From: a virus
Length of the DNA: 64,000 nt
Virus record (IMG/VR): IMGVR_UViG_3300048599_000097
Coordinates: 1-64,000 of that record
Strand: one strand, 5' to 3'
The stretch's first letter is position 1; each line of letters starts with the position of its first letter. The notes under the pieces were generated by a model, which searched no databases, had not been told where the DNA came from, and worked only from the letters and a program-made list of their open reading frames with translations. The position numbers and the translations under genes are program-made. Positions 62,684 to 64,000 of the stretch are shown here, in pieces.

Positions 62684-62698
62684 TGGTTATCCTTTATA

Positions 62699-62905
62699 CT
62701 AACAATATTCTGCTGGAATAAGTTTTATATGGGGATTAGTTTGCATTTCCTTTCCTATAGCTGTGTTTGCTTCATGAAAATATTGCTTTATATATTCATA
62801 CTCCCTTTTCATATAGGCTATTTCTTCGACATTTAATTGTTTGTCTTCCCCGAGAAAGGCACATACAGAATTAGGATCACCTGTAATATCAGTTTGTTTC
62901 TTCAT
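62699..62905 (-). CDS. hypothetical protein
   Basis: 68 aa. Confidence 0.45.
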   Translation of the reverse strand: MKKQTDITGDPNSVCAFLGEDKQLNVEEIAYMKREYEYIKQYFHEANTAIGKEMQTNPHIKLIPAEYC

Positions 62906-63783
62906 AATCCTAACTCCTTTTTCAGACTTTCTACCTCTGAATATTCCATGCCACCTAAGTCTTTGTCTGTCTCAAGATCGACCACAGTAACCTCTTTTAC
63001 ACCCAAAGCACTAATCCTATCTGCCAACTTCTTAGCCCGTTGCTGGGCTGCTTGCTCAGCATCGAAGATTATAACAACTTTCTTGTACTCTGTCAAGAGC
63101 TGGACTTGTGCTTCTGTGACAGAGGTTCCTAGAGTAGCACAACAATTATCCCCGAATTTAAGAGCGTCGAACGGCCCTTCAACGCAAACTACATAGCTCT
63201 TATTACAATTATTTAGATTATATAATGTTTTCTTAGGATCTACCAGAGACTTCTCTATGGAGAGGGTTTTGTACCGTAAATCCTGCCCTGCATAACTGCG
63301 TCCCTGATAAGAACAAATTCGCCCATCTGTATCTATGATAGGAATAATTACTCGATAGGCAAAGTCTCCTGTAAAGCCTCCGTCCCTGAACTTATACTTG
63401 GTAATCAGCTCATCTACGTTAAAGCCTCGCTTTTCAAGATAGCGTCTAGCAACTTTCCCTAGAGGAGCAAAGTTATAGTCTAGCTGAGTGGCATTTTCTC
63501 GCACCTTGAGTCTCTCAACATAGTCAAATTCTGTAGAGTACTCTTTGAGGAGCTTATTGTAGGAAATGTCGGGGGTCGCCCACTGCAGATATTCTCTAAG
63601 CGGAATAGCCCCCGTTATCCATGAGTATATTGTTCCATTAGCAGGGTTATAAGCACAATGATACTCTGTATCTCCCATGCCCTTGCTGGGGTCGGGTAAA
63701 CCTATGCGGTTTTTGGATACAATACCAGAATGTCCGTAAGGGATGCCAAAGTCCCTACAGTAGGACTCTATATCAAATGCCAT
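62902..63783 (-). CDS. TOPRIM-domain primase-like protein
   Basis: ATG 63783 after a TAGGAGA SD. The upstream part of the track ORF runs through a tRNA. TOPRIM motifs CVEGPFDALK and IIFDAEQAA. Confidence 0.65.
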   Translation of the reverse strand: MAFDIESYCRDFGIPYGHSGIVSKNRIGLPDPSKGMGDTEYHCAYNPANGTIYSWITGAIPLREYLQWATPDISYNKLLKEYSTEFDYVERLKVRENATQLDYNFAPLGKVARRYLEKRGFNVDELITKYKFRDGGFTGDFAYRVIIPIIDTDGRICSYQGRSYAGQDLRYKTLSIEKSLVDPKKTLYNLNNCNKSYVVCVEGPFDALKFGDNCCATLGTSVTEAQVQLLTEYKKVVIIFDAEQAAQQRAKKLADRISALGVKEVTVVDLETDKDLGGMEYSEVESLKKELGL

Positions 63784-63801
63784 TTTTAATTCTCCTATAT
63801 A

Positions 63802-63883
63802 GCAGAGTGTGAGATTCGGACTCACGTGACCTTTCGGTACTGCATTACAAGTGCAGTGCAATCGACCGCTATGCGAACTCTGC
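63802..63883 (-). tRNA. tRNA, apparent anticodon UGU (Thr), atypical long variable arm
   Basis: The minus strand reads GCAGAGT-TC-GCA-TAGCGGTCGAT-TGC-A-CTGCA-CTTGTAA-TGCAG-TACCGAAAGGTCAC-GTGAG-TCCGAAT-CTCAC-ACTCTGC. 7-bp acceptor stem, GG in the D loop, U33. The T loop has C where U55 is expected. No encoded CCA. Confidence 0.55.
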
Positions 63884-63889
63884 AAAAAA

Positions 63890-63963
63890 GGAAGTGGTGG
63901 GACTATTCTTACCCACAATGAGCCTCTTTGTATCGAGGTGCGTCTCGCTTTCGCCACACTTCC
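63890..63963 (-). other. tRNA-sized cloverleaf-like element with non-canonical loops, followed by a T-run
   Basis: 7-bp closing stem GGAAGTG/CACTTCC. Arms GCG/CGC, CCTC/GAGG (8-nt loop) and GTGGG/CCCAC (10-nt loop). TTTTTT follows on the minus strand. Confidence 0.3.
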
Positions 63964-64000
63964 TGTCCGTTTTCGTATTTTCCGCGAGCCTCACCTACGG

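Noticed and set aside
63890-63963. Second element as a genuine tRNA
   Set aside because: It has an 8-nt anticodon loop, a 10-nt T loop, no GG in the D loop and no TPsiC-like sequence. It is reported only as a tRNA-like element.
1-64000. CRISPR arrays, reverse transcriptase/DGR or retron modules, and transposases
   Set aside because: I saw no regularly spaced direct repeats and no RT or transposase motifs in any ORF.

Overview
The window covers most of a tailed dsDNA phage genome, about 40 percent GC. No sheath gene is present and the tape measure protein is 1232 aa, so it looks siphovirus-like. No integrase or repressor is visible, so it is probably virulent. Signals are bacterial: TTGACA/TATAAT promoters, AGGAG ribosome-binding sites and hairpin plus T-run terminators. 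Layout: small + strand genes at 1-1.4 kb, then a 0.7 kb ORF-free AT-rich region. The + strand block (2.1-32.6 kb) holds promoter-equipped small secreted/lipoprotein genes, dCMP deaminase, HNH, large terminase, portal, head morphogenesis, protease/scaffold, capsid, connectors, major tail, a chaperone with a -1 frameshift, tape measure, fibres and lysis genes. The - strand block (32.6-64 kb) is T4-flavoured replication, recombination and nucleotide metabolism: a split Rad50-like ATPase around an Mre11-like nuclease, RecA/UvsX-like, gp32-like and UvsY-like proteins, dUTPase, NrdD/NrdG, two DNA methyltransferases, a UDG-PolA fusion, thioredoxin, DnaB-like helicase, SNF2 helicase, primase and a tRNA. 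Twelve free-standing homing-endonuclease-type genes take up about 15 percent of the window. The best candidate for something new is an ORF-free, helix-rich region of about 460 nt between terL and portal. A promoter of a phage-specific family (ATGAGGG-N3/4-TTGAC) points into it, antisense to the structural genes, suggesting a large structured ncRNA. All calls come from reading the sequence and from remembered family motifs; no searches were run.
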